From assembly GCF_001194135.2 (NCBI RefSeq), contig NC_068984.1, forward strand, positions 64,489,245 to 64,553,244: a stretch of 64,000 nt of DNA, in the 5' to 3' direction. The stretch is from Octopus bimaculoides. Taxonomy: Eukaryota. Position numbers and translations under genes: made by a program. Positions 40,105 through 52,877 of the stretch are shown one piece after another. The notes under the pieces are model-generated. The model saw only the letters and a program-made list of their open reading frames with translations. It did no database searches and was not told the origin of the DNA. Position 1 is the first letter of the stretch. Each line of letters starts with the position of its first letter.

Positions 40105-40369
40105 AACAACAAACAAGATGAGGACAAATATCCATCAAATGTAAATAATGTACATAATTCCTCATCTCTTTAATATAGAACTGTACTAATACTACTATTA
40201 ATAAATATACGTCAGCCACATTTTCGTTGAATGTATTAACTGCTATATGCTTTTAAATTTTCAAATAAAAATATAACTTCAGATTCCTCAAGAGGTAATT
40301 CATTCCATTATAAACATTATAACATAGAAGTTCTCAAAAATCAAAATTGTTTCAGTATATGATACTTAC

Positions 40370-40560
40370 TTCTGACAAATGCATAATCTGCCTGGAACCC
40401 CGTGACTGTGTGTGAATATGTTAGACTTCTAAACACAACTGTCATTCTGTGTTCATTGGACATGTACATTGGTGGCAATTCTCTTCCACATTTTGTATCT
40501 AAATCTGTAGGCTCACCATTTATATATATTGTTATGGTAACTGAATCTGCTGCCTGGCAA
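40370..40560 (-). CDS. sol-1: Exon 1 of 5 visible in a SOL-1-like multi-CUB gene (second half of a CUB domain); gene is 5'-partial
   Basis: Minus-strand acceptor cttctttttttatatttcAG and donor GTAAGT at 40369. 191 nt, phase 2 in and phase 1 out. Encodes CQAADSVTITIYINGEPTDLDTKCGRELPPMYMSNEHRMTVVFRSLTYSHTVTGFQADYAFVR, with CUB C-half hallmarks (CG, S..RMTVVFRS, GF.A.Y.F). The gene symbol is by family resemblance only. Confidence 0.9.
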
Positions 40561-40709
40561 CTGAAATATAAAAAAAAGAAGATATGATAACAAACCGCAT
40601 ATCTTATGTGTGTGAGCACACATGCGTGTGTATATATACACACACACACGTGTTTACATATGTTTGGATAGATGGATGCATGAATACATATATATATTGC
40701 ACATATACA

Positions 40710-40748
<39 letters not shown>

Positions 40749-42642
40749 CACGCACACATGCGCACACACACATATATATATAAGGATATACTCATGTATA
40801 TATAGATGCAACAATATATGTGCATATAACACTTTGCAAAATCGAACACCTGCACATCATTTCCTAGACAAAATATCTATAGTAGCTTATATTCTATACA
40901 ATTTCATACCTCAAAGGGAAGAGAAGGAAATTTATTTGCTATAAAAAGTATACACTAAATAATTTTTTTTTTTTAATCTTGCAGTGTTAGATGCTGAGAA
41001 AATAGTTGTAAAGGATATAAAGTATAAAACATAATAGGTATCAATAGTATGTACCAAACTTTAACGTTTACCAAAATGTCAGTTGTTCTGGAACTAGTGA
41101 CAGGGTTGGTGGGCATTGCTGAATCACTAATAAAAATTTCATACAATTTTCTACAGAAACGCCATGACTGTATTTTCATATTGATTTTTTTTTTCTAAAA
41201 AATATTTATTTCATACATACATGCATCTACACACACATGCACACACACAAATATCCTGATACTAATATATTCAACGTTTTGTATTGTGAAAGTTATTTTC
41301 AATGAAAATTTTAAAAGGTGCACAGAAATGCTTTTATCAATTTGTTGTTGTTGTTGATATTTGCTTTTTTAAAAATCAATTCAATTGCTTTGCTACCTAT
41401 GCATCTGTATGATGGCTCTAAATTGAATATTTACTGCATTAATGGCATAACACAATACTTCAAATGTTTTCTAATAATAAATAGTTTTGTCTTATGCTTA
41501 AATACAGCTCAGTTATTTCATATTTGAATAAAAACAGCAAATGACTGTGATGATAAATTACTAAAATTACATAGTGATTAGTTGTACATTTGTTTTAATG
41601 AGTGGGTGTGCATGTATACATGCACTTATTGTTGTTTAATTCCAGGTCAGCCCTCGGTATATCTATGATCAAAGAACACTCTAGCCATGGTTGTCCTATC
41701 TTTTATTCGGACATAATGTATCTAGGAATAAATTATCCTATGTCTTCCCTTTCAGAAGTCAGTTGCCTGTGATTTGAAAAGGGATATGGTTACTATTTGT
41801 AGCAGGTCAAGCAAAAATGTTAAGGTTTCTTTATTGAACCATAAAGTAATTAATTGTTTGTTCATAGTTGCTGGAGTACCTGTGTGTGTATGTAAGTGTT
41901 TAAGTGTGTGCGCACAGGTCCGTGTTTGCATATCTGTATACATATGTGTGTCTTCACACAGTCACATTCAAGTTTGTTTCTTCTTTCCTTTCACTCTCTT
42001 CTTTCCACTTTCTATAATAAAATGGTCTCAAATTCACCAAGGTCCCTGCTCTATTATGCATTTATTCTAAAAATATATTCCTTGCCATTTCTTATTGCTC
42101 CCTAAGGTAGTGAACTCAAATAACATTCATAATCTTTTCATTCAATAACAAATATCACTCTAGCACCCATTTCCCTGAACAATTAAAAAGAAATATTAAC
42201 TGAGTTAATTTAATTTGGTATGGAGTAGGAAGACAATGAAGTGAAACTACAAATCATAAATTTAGAGCAGCATGCAATTCTTCATATCTGATTCTCTGTG
42301 GAACAAAAATATAATGCATGCTACTCAGAATTGTAATGTTATTATAATGTGTAAACTCTTTCTTGAAATATCTTTATATTTATATCAGTAAAAAAAAAAA
42401 AGAATAAATAAGTAAAACCTGTTGAAATAACATTTAATTTTCATAGTTCAAAATGTCACTCATAAAGCAAATTTGTAGGGGAAGATATCAAAGTATTACT
42501 GAAACATAATAACCTTCTTCAATAGATAAAAGGCAAAGACAAAACTTCTACTAAAGAGCTAGGTTGACAGTGTCAAGAAAACCCTTTAATCCACTGCTAT
42601 ACCATTTCTGACAAAACACTCTCTAGTTTCTATTACATTTAT

Positions 42643-42850
42643 GGTTTCTAATATTGGAACAAGGTCATAAATTTGGAGAGGAAGAAACGATCAATGAGAA
42701 CAATACTAGTACCTGATTGGATATTATTTTATTGAATCCAGAAGGATGAAAAGCGAAACTGATTTAGGTGGAATTCAAATACAGAATGTAAGGGAAAGGT
42801 AATTAAACACCACAAAGCATTTTGATCAGTACTAATTCATTCCTACCATA
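42643..42850 (-). mobile_element. SINE family B copy (old)
   Basis: Decayed core ATTATTTTATTGAATCCAGAAGGATGAAAAGCGAAACTG. Confidence 0.55.
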
Positions 42851-44756
42851 GAGCTAAATTTCAGCTAAATAAATATAATAGTTCTATATCTTTTCTTTTA
42901 TACTAGTAAATGTTGGTGAAGACAGACTTCTAAGGAGTTTATAGTTCACTTGATGTAGAAAAAAAGGTTGCAGAGAAGGGAGTGTCATATATTTCTTGTA
43001 TTTATTTTGAAACACATCACACAGTTACCTTGTGTAAATTACTTTGTTTGTTAAACTGTTGCTCTTCCATGTTAAATATGCGAAACACCACTGATGCCTG
43101 GACACTTTTAGATTTATATGGAATATGCTTGACATTGAATTTTGAATCTTTTTGCACAAGAATTGAACACTGTTCTATATGTATTGATTAGTGATTATAA
43201 TGGTATATTTCAATATATTTGCAAAATACAAAGGTGACTATGATTAGTTCTGGAGACTATAGAGTGTTAGAAACATCCCTGCATATGATGATTTAAGTGA
43301 ACCATTGTGGTGACCTCTGTGAAGTCACTTGAACTTCTATAATTGACAACTAAATCTTCCTTTTAAGTACAACCTCAAGCTAATAACACATTTAATAATA
43401 CAGTTCTGGATAAACAAAGCTTGAAAAAAGACAGACTAGCAACTGCTTAGAATGCCTTTGACCCTTGGTCTGCTGGATCAGCATACAATTAATGTATACT
43501 AGCTATAGCACATAAGCTCTGATTAAATGGCAATAATAATTCAAGGAAGGAATACACCAGAGTAATATCCTGTTGCTTTGATCAAGGCTAACAATGAGAG
43601 CAACTAAAACATTTGTCAACTTCACAATACTGTTATTGCTGTATATACTACACTGCATTATCTACTTATAGTTAGATGAAATCAACTATTGAAAGTTGAA
43701 TCTCCCGATTGCAGACACATCAATGTATTAGTAACAGTATATGACCTCCACACCATATATCTGACAGATAATCTAATGGAGTAAAATCTAGAATCTGTGA
43801 AAACTGGTGAGCATTGTCTAATAACCTATTACATGTGTCTGCTATGTTCAGACCAAAATATAAAAATCTCTAAAATTTAAAATGTAATTGATAATCATAA
43901 TGCAATTTGAAGAAACAGAGAAACTATGATAGATTAGGTCTATTGTGAAATAGTCCCTCTCATGTTAACCTGTCTAAACATGCCTCTTCTTTCATTTCAG
44001 AGATCTTACAAAACATTAGCAGTAACATGCCATCCGTTGTAGCAACCTATTGGCTAGATTGCACTGATACAATAGGAATCATAAATTGAAACTGTTTGGA
44101 TATAATGTAATTTTTCTTTCTATTAGTATATGTGTGGGTAGGGGCATATAGCAAACTTCTTATGTTCCAGAAAAGAAGATTAGCAAGTTATGACTCTTAC
44201 AAAAGATAATTACTATTTGCCTATTTTGCTAAGCTTATTTACTTGAGGGCAAATAAGAGAAAGTGTTAGTTGTGGAAAAGACAGAACTCCTTGCTGTTGT
44301 TGTTGTTTTCCCAATAACTTATTGATCTTCCTATTAATGGCAAGTGCAAACATTGAATATAAATCAATCTAACCAACAAGCAACAAAAGATTTGGTTTTA
44401 CACAGAAAATACAGCAAGAAAAAAAAGAAAAAAATTAGGCTTAATTGATCGAAAGAGCACACAAATCAGATTCTTGGACACTTTGAAATAAATCTAAATT
44501 TAGAATGTAAAGATAAATAAACTCTTGTTATAAACAAGAAAATTGGTAATTTAATTGATTACAATACTTTAGTCATATATATATATTTTTTTTTTTTTCT
44601 ACTTTTGCTTTTAGTTTAAAATCTTAATTCAATAAAATGAGGTATTTACTGAAGTCCATGATTCTCAAAAGCATTGCTAGTGAGAAACAAAAGAAAGATT
44701 AGGATCTGAAAGCAATCTTAAAACTGAATAGGTTTTAAATACAAAATTACCACGTA

Positions 44757-44872
<116 letters not shown>

Positions 44873-45342
44873 ATATATGCATATGCATGTGACATATTGA
44901 AAGCCAAAAAGGAATTGGAGTTATTAGAAAGAATTTTTGAGTGACATTCAATAGTATTATTTCTAAGATTTCCCCCTTCAATCATGTTATAAAAACTTCA
45001 TCATATATATATATATATATATAGATAGATAGATAGATAGATAGATGGATGGATGGATGCATGCATGCATTCTATGTAGGTTCACGGGAATTGGATTTAG
45101 ATTTATAAGAAGTTGGTTACCTTCTTAAATACCATACTTGTAGTTTTCTCTTAATAAATAAATAAACAAACCAGCAAATGATTATAATAACCCCTACAAA
45201 TGCTGTTGCTGTTCAGTAGAAGTCCAAGTTACATCATCAAAATGAAAATGAAATAAATTAATAAACTTGAAAATTCTCTCATATTTGGAAGCACTTTTAG
45301 AATCATTTTCCTACTGACTAGAGTTGAATATATTACTCATAT

Positions 45343-45743
45343 GGCTGAGGTGGTGAGGCAAGACCTTCGAACATTGGGCCTCACCGAGGCGATGACTACT
45401 GACCAAGACCTTTGGAAATGTGCTGTGCGTGAGAAGACCTGGCAAGCCAAGTGAGATCGTTGCCAGTGCCCCTGGACTGGCTCTTGTGCGGGTGGCACAT
45501 AAGATNNNNNNNNNNNNNNNNNNNNNNNNNNNNNNNNNNNNNNNNNNNNNNNNNNNNNNNNNNNNNNNNNNNNNNNNNNNNNNNNNNNNNNNNNNNNNNN
45601 NNGGCATCCAGCTGTAGAAACTCTGCCAAATTAGATTGGAGCCTGGTGTTGCCATCCGGTTTCACCAGTCCTCAATCAAATCGTCCAACCCATGCTAGCA
45701 TGGAAAGCGGACGTTAAACGATGATGATGATGATGATGATGAT
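45343..45743 (+). mobile_element. 5'-truncated RTE LINE of the same young family, with an internal N gap
   Basis: The first ~160 bp differ from 55053-55210 at only about 3 positions. Same (GAT)n tail. Possible 7-bp TSD ATATGGC (45339-45, 45742-48). Confidence 0.88.
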
Positions 45744-47358
45744 ATGGCAGTTTAACTTTTTTAACACTGAGTATTAGAATGAGTGTATGTGTCTGTGTGT
45801 GGGGGGGGTAATTGAAGGATGTAGGAATAAATATAAATCACATTGATAGATAGAGCATTAGCATACAGAAAAGGATTCAAAGTTTGCAACTAGTGCTTTG
45901 CAGAAAAACCACATATTGTCAGCCATTTCAATTCAATCCTAAAGAAAAGACTTGCACTCACTGCAACTTATGGCCATTTACTAAAATTTTTGTTAACTGA
46001 CTTCAAAGCAGACCCATTCCTGCTTGGATTACTGATGTTTAAAAATGGATACCATTAAAACATTAAAAATATAACCAGGTATATTGCCTTTCAGATGTTC
46101 AAACATGTTACACACCCAATCTTACAATCAACCTGAAAGTAGAACCAACAGTTGATGCCTGTCAAAAACAGTGGACATCATTCATCACCAACATTACAAA
46201 CTATGTGATTTACTCTTAAATGGAACTGCTTCCTAATAACTAAAACAAAAAAGATTATTGATCCCAACTACATGACCAGACCAATCAGCCAATTAAGTGA
46301 TCAAGTTAACATTCAATTAAAAAGAATTCAATACCACATAAACACACTAAACAACCATTTCATTATCTCAGACTCACTGAATCTACTGAACAACAAAAGA
46401 AAAACACATAAACCTTTGGACTACCAACTCATAATTATGTATAAAATAAATGAATAATAATAATAAGTGAATATGAATGGAATCAATTATTCAGTTATGA
46501 TATGTATGTTTCCATAGAATGGTTATTTGCTTACTAATGTTTTACATAAGACAACAAAATAAGCAGATCACTTTATCAGACATCATTGCATAATTGATAC
46601 ACACATTGATCTGTGAGAAACTAAATTCCACATTCCGACTGCCTGAATCATAAAGACCTTTACAACTAAGACACACACATATATATACACTTAGTATAAC
46701 NNNNNNNNNNNNNNCCCCCCCCCCCATCCACTACACACCATACTTGAATCACTATGCAAAACTGCTATTGTCAGAAGACTTTCTTAATAATTTTGTTTGC
46801 AACTCTCAAAAACTACTCTACCCACTTTGGTTATCAGATAATTCTTGCCCACACAGGACATTGCCACTACTGCTGGGTATTTGCCATTGTACAGATTGTC
46901 TTCCTCATACCTAACTACTGAACCTCTCCTTCCCTCTAACCTTTACGTTATCTATGTCATCTCTATACCAGTTAGTCTCTATCCTTATGCATTCATGACT
47001 CTATATGGACAACTCCCTTGTTTACATCATAGCCTTTATTCCAACAACTCTGTAGTAACAAGACTACAATTATGTCTGAATTAAAAATTCCATACTTTAA
47101 AGTTATACTATATGTTTTCCTGTTAATTCTTTCTTCCTAATATATATATNNNNNNNNNNNNNNNNNNNNNNNNNNNNNNNNNNNNNNNNNNNNNNNNNNN
47201 NNNNNNNNNNNNNNNNNNNNNNNNNNNNNNNNNNNNNNNNNNNNNNNNNNNNNNNNNNNNNNNNNNNNNNNNNNNNNNNNNNNNNNNNNNNNNNNNNNNN
47301 NNNNNNNNNNNNNNNNNNNNNNNNNNNNNNNNNNNNNNNNNNNNNNNNNNNNNNNNNN

Positions 47359-47359
<1 letters not shown>

Positions 47360-47422
<63 letters not shown>
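47360..47422. repeat. (AGAT)n microsatellite abutting a gap
   Basis: Direct inspection. Confidence 0.95.
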
Positions 47423-47423
<1 letters not shown>

Positions 47424-47659
47424 TCAGGTGAATATGGTACTTAAGTTTAGGCACCAGAATTAAGTATGGTATTATCCATACAGTTTCAAAATAAGGTGAT
47501 TAGAGTCAAAATAAGCAACAAGGATATCCAAAGTTAATGCAGTACAGTCGTTTCATGCAACTCTATTTAATTAACCAATGTAAGCATTACAACAAATATA
47601 AAATGCAGAGCAATCCTCAGTTGCACAAAGATATATCTTTGTGTAAAACCAAATATCAA

Positions 47660-47825
47660 GGTAGCAGGCTGGGCAAAATGCCTAGCAGAATTTCATTCAT
47701 GTTTACATTCTGAGTTCAAATTCCGGCAAGGTCAGCTTTGACTTTCATCCTTTCAGGATTGATAAAATAAGTACCAGTTGAACCTCTCCCAGTATTACTA
47801 TCCTTATGCCAAAATTTGAAATTAA
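47660..47825 (+). mobile_element. SINE family B copy
   Basis: TCTGAGTTCAAATTCCGGCAAGGTCAGCTTTGACTTTCATCCTTTCAGGATTGATAAAATAAGTACCAG. Confidence 0.8.
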
Positions 47826-48407
47826 TATATACTGTAAAATTCGAGTTGGCTGGAACTTGAAACTTTGCAAAACAGTTTGCTTCAACTTAAAGGGGATGAA
47901 CTTTAAAGCAAAACTTAAGGTCTCAGTCAACATATATTTTACAGAAACTTTGAATATACTCAGTACTGAGCCCTCCTATACATATATACTTCATGTTATT
48001 CTTAAACTTGTTTTGAAATAACAACCTTAGTTTAGCACACACACATTGAATTTGTATGTAACAAACAACAGAAAAACAGAAAAGAAAAGAGGATACTCAG
48101 AACATGATATAGAGTACAATTTTTCTGCCAAAATCTCATGTCACTACTCAAGTTTTATGTTCATATGCTCATTCTGATAATAATTTGATATATATTGTAA
48201 TACACTGCACTTAAGAGTCATTTGAACAAGCAAGTAATGACATCAAACAAAAACTGAACCAAAACACACAAACATAAATATATATGTATGTGTGTGTGTG
48301 TGTGTGTGCGCACACATATGTATCTACATTTATATTTAACGTGTTTGATATGGCAGTGGTGTTTGTTCTATTACTCTATTGCTTAAAGTTCATGGCTTTA
48401 AAGTACT

Positions 48408-48968
48408 GGCGTGGTTTAGTGGTTCAAAAGTTTGCCTCCGAACCACAGGGTTTCAAGTTCAGTCCCACAGCATGACACCTTGGGCAAGTGTTTCTACTAT
48501 ATCCCTGGGCTAACCAAAGCCTTGCATGTGGATTTGATAGTTAGAAATTGAAAGAAGGTTGTCATGTTCAATGTATTTATTTGTTCTGATATAGCTTGAT
48601 TTTTGTAAATGGCATTCATATCCAATATTCTGTATAAACATGTATAAACATTTCCTTACTTGGAAGCATATAAGAGTTGGAAACAAGAAGTGTCAGAAAA
48701 TTTGCCTCAATAAACTCCACTTGACCCATGCAGGCATGGAAAAGTGAGCATTAAAACCAGGACTGTGGAGTCGGAGTTGGGGCCATGGAGTCAGAGTCGA
48801 AAACAATTAAGGGGTAGCTGGAGTTGGAGTCAGTAAAATAGACCACAATCATTTAATTACATAGAGAAGTTGAAGGTGCCAATAGTAGAGGAGTCAGAGT
48901 CGAAGTCTTTGTTTCAGCTCCACAGCCCTGATTAAAACAGTGATAATGATGAGGAAGAAGAGGATGAG
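48408..48968 (+). mobile_element. SINE with a family A head and an RTE-type tail, interrupted by the hAT MITE
   Basis: Head GGCGTGGTTTAGTGG...CCTTGGGCAAGTG. Tail ACCCATGCAGGCATGGAAAAGTGAGCATTAAAAC[MITE]AGTGATAATGATG. Confidence 0.75.
48758..48930. mobile_element. 173-bp hAT-type MITE nested in a SINE tail
   Basis: TIRs CAGGACTGTGGAG and CTCCACAGCCCTG, perfect 8-bp TSD ATTAAAAC (48750-57, 48931-38), and internal GGAGTC(G/A)GAGTC repeats. Confidence 0.9.
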
Positions 48969-49630
48969 GGTGTATCTTATATTCTACTTCTCAACTCATG
49001 CTGAAGATTACAACAGATTTGACAACTATTTAAATTAGAATTCCTGACTAGTCTCATGACAGAATAATTTATGTACATGAATTCTGTCTGCAATTGGCAT
49101 TAAAAGAATATTAGTATTATTTAAATGGATGCTATTTTATGGTGAACTGATGTAAAATAAAAAATATTGCATTGAATTTCATAGAAATTTTATCAATGAT
49201 CATTTATTCCCATAAAAAAGGAATTTTCATCCTTTTATAACCAATATAACAAACAACATTATTGCATATTTCCAAAATCATAATATATAAGTACAGTTGA
49301 TGCAATACAGGTTAGAAGAAAAAAATTAAACAATAACTCTCTGCTCAAGATTAAAAGCCTAAACTTAGTAACAAGGAATAGATTGTTTGTTCAGTAGGTA
49401 TAATTTACCAATGAATCCTTCATTAAGTATCAACAATAAAGAAAGAGAATGCTCATGACATTGTAAAGATGTATGTATTGAAAGTAAAACTGTAACAGCC
49501 GGAAATCAGAATAATTATAGTACCTTTTCCTATTAAACATAACAGCCAGATATTACACCCCACTCGAAAAAGACAAAAAATCAAATGTAAATAGAAATTT
49601 AAAAGTGGGACACATTGGACGACAGAATAA

Positions 49631-50575
49631 TCTATATCTATAAAAGAGAGTTTGTATGTGTGTGAGTGTGTGTGTATTCCTTATGCATTCCAAAACTGAG
49701 TCGCTGATTTTGACATATGGGGTATCAAAAGATTCAGTAAGATTTGCTGCCAACTAAACTATATTTTCATTCACATATTTGCGTTACAAAAATCTAACAT
49801 TATCATTTTTCTTTTAGTCACCTATCGTAAACGACATCTTTTATCACCACAACGACGATGACATCACCTTTTTTATATGAGTGTGTTTGCGCGTTTGTTA
49901 TGTACGTTAGGCCGATGACTGACAAGCATATGTGTGTGACAGTGTATGTATCTGTCAGTATACATACATTTTTGTGACGATTGACATACACACACACGGA
50001 CAGAAATAGGCTTGAGGTGTGCCTTAATGCATGCCTGTGTGTGTGTGTCTTAGTATATGTATGTGATTTTATCCCCCACCCCAACAGTGAAACACTGATA
50101 TTCAAAGTTACAACGACCAAATTTCATTAGAAAGTGAAAATAGTTTCACACTTTCAATTTGAACTAAAATTACAGTGCTGGATTACGAGACTAACTTTGT
50201 GTGTAGAATGAAAGTAATTTTTCCCTGAATTATTCACATCAATATTATAATAAAGAAAGTTGCTTAGGTAATCTTTTGTTTTGACTTGTAGAGCTGTCAT
50301 CTGCGTTCATTAATTTCCGTAAAAGTTTTATTTACTTTTGTTTCAAAGTGAAAGTGAGGAGAAAGTGAAAGATGTATGTACGTGCATATGAAATGGATAT
50401 GTGTGTAAGAGAGAGAGGAAAGGAGAAAGAGAGAGAGAGAGTGACTGAAGGGGTGTGTTGTCATGTATACATACATCAATACATATGTATACATCTTCTT
50501 TGTATGTACATGTGCATGTGTGTGAGAGAGAGTGAGAGTGAGTGAACATGCATGTTCTCATGTATGTTTAAGTGG

Positions 50576-50632
<57 letters not shown>

Positions 50633-52877
50633 ACACACACACGTCCATTTCATATACACATTCATATATCTTTCACTTTCTCCTATCCTTCACTTTAAAT
50701 CAAAAGTAAATAAATAAAAATAGTTTACAGAAATTAACGAACAAAACAGCTGACCCGGATGACAGTTCGTTGACAACTTAGAGAGTTATAACGAAACATA
50801 GTCGCTGCTTATTATCTATTTACCAAATAAACTATGTTTTTCATTCAACAACTCTTTTCTTACAACTAAAATAACCTCAGCAACTACGTTGAGTACACGA
50901 TTTTGAGGTCATTTTCGGACAATATTTCGATTTGTTCCTTATGTTTCACTTTTGTCCGATGTTTCACACAAGACAAACATTTACGAACATGTAGACATAA
51001 ATATTGTATTAAAATAAGCCATAACCAAAGAAATGGCATTAAAGACATCCATTTCTCTATATGTTATGAGAAAATACAGTCACTCTCTCTGTGTCTCTCA
51101 CGTACAAAAAAAGATGTAGGCATATGTATTTATAGGCGAAGGTAAAGAATGTGCACACTTGATGTTTAGGGCTAGGGTTACGCCGAAAACGGGTGGTGTA
51201 TATATTCTTTACCTCTGCCTATTTATGTATGTGTATATGAAAGATGATGTGTGTGTATGGGCGAGAAAGAGAGAGAGAGAGAGCAAGTGAGTCCCACTTA
51301 CACATACACGCAAAAAAATTCATACATCACAACACACACCTTCACTCACTCACTCAATCATTCTTTCTCTTACACACACACACATGTGCATTTCATATAC
51401 ATGTACATCTTTCAATTTCTCCTCTCTTTTACTCTCTCCTCCCACTTCAAAGCAAATGTCACCTTTTCACTTTATCCTCTCTTTCAATTTCTTCTCTCTT
51501 CAAAGCATAAAGAAATTTTGAAATTTTTATGGAAATTAATGAACAATCATATGATCCCATATATGTCAAGTTGACAACTTTGGTTCTTCAAACAAAAGAA
51601 TGCCATAAAATAACTTCCTTTCACACATACATGCACAAACAGACACACACTTTAGCTAAAACTTCTGTATGAATTGTTATTTCTTGCAGTGTGCAGGTGC
51701 ACATTTAATTGAAATTAATCCAATTGAAATGATCTTTTTCTATTGTGTAATTTGTGTTTGTGATGAGAGTATTTAAAAACCTGATCTTTGATATAAGCTT
51801 AAAAGAAAGTTTTCCTAGAAATCCTGTCCTTTACCTCTTCTTTCTAGCATGTTTGAGGTGACATTTCTGCTCCTCCGCCTTATTTTTTCTTAAATTTCTT
51901 CTAATTCCTATGTTTGCAATACAGGAGATTATGAATTCACCCACAAAACACGTTGTCAGCATTTTAATTTTCTCCCTTTCCACACCAAATTCATTTTTTA
52001 ATTTTTTCAAATATTTTTTCTTGGTAATCCATGGAGAAAAAATAGACAGTACAAATCTTTAAGAATTTTACTCATCACCTCACCNNNNNNNNNNNNNNNN
52101 NNNNNNNNNNNNNNNNNNNNNNNNNNNNNNNNNNNNNNNNNNNNNNNNNNNNNNNNNNNNNNNNNNNNNNNNNNNNNNNNNNNNNNNNNNNNNNNNNNNN
52201 NNNNNNNNNNNNNNNNNNNNNNNNNNNNNNNNNNNNNNNNNNNNNNNNNNNNNNNNNNNNNNNNNNNNNNNNNNNNNNNNNNNNNNNNNNNNNNNNNNNN
52301 NNNNNNNNNNNNNNNNNNNNNNNNNNNNNNNNNNNNNNNNNNNNNNNNNNNNNNNNNNNNNNNNNNNNNNNNNNNNNNNNNNNNNNNNNNNNNNNNNNNN
52401 NNNNNNNNNNNNNNNNNNNNNNNNNNNNTGAAAGCAGGTAGGTGATGGGTGCATGAGGTGGGGGAAGGGGAATAGATTCCTTCTTTAAGAAAAATTAAAC
52501 TATAAAAATATATGTATTTCCCAGATTTGTAATCTCAGAATTAAAAAAAAAAAAAACGTAAAAGTTACAAATTAAGAAATTGTGGGGGGAATGGGGGGGA
52601 AATTAAAATTTTGAAAATCAGATTTCTGAACAAAATCGTATTAACCCCCTTTTATACGATGAAACAATACATAGTTTGTGATCCTTCTTCAGAACAGAAA
52701 GCACCTTCATACAAACCCATGCAAATTGTACCGTCCCCCGTTCACTTTTAAACAAACAATAACTTCCATTATGGCATTAACTATATATCTGTGCCGATTC
52801 TGCCCATAAGAAAGGAGCAAATAATACAATGTGCCTGTAGGTCATAACATCCGGGCAATGCCGGGATGCATTGCTAG
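49631..52877 (+). mobile_element. Probable non-autonomous Helitron
   Basis: 5' A|TCTATATCTATAAAA. The 3' end has a GC hairpin CCGGGCAATGCCGG (52851-64) followed by CTAG|T, fitting an A/T insertion site without TSD. A gap at 52085-52428 lies inside, so the pairing of the two ends is inferred. Confidence 0.55.

Larger units (their letters stand above)
39645..40184. mobile_element. Palindromic (head-to-head) dimer of a unit comprising tRNA head, (AAT)n and hammerhead motif, inserted as one event
   Basis: Left arm 39645-39880 (minus) is the reverse complement of right arm 39886-40152 (plus). The direct repeat ACTAATACTACT at 39633-39644 and 40185-40196 flanks the whole structure. Each arm has an A-box (TGGCATAGTGG; 5'-clipped to GTAGTGG in the right arm) and a B-box-like motif (AGTTTGATTCC / AGTTCAATTCC). 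Confidence 0.9.

Noticed and set aside
42990-43190. Candidate for the missing upstream CUB exon (…ASVVFRIFNMEEQQ…|GTAACT)
   Set aside because: No SPxYP motif, the donor phase does not give the required phase 2, and the acceptor is weak. It may be a very old LINE remnant. No SPxYP-type exon was found in 40561-64000.
45900-46460. Possible Penelope GIY-YIG remnant that could be the mobilising partner
   Set aside because: No GIY or YIG motif or RT motif could be read convincingly. A TBLASTN or HMM search with PLE proteins would be needed.
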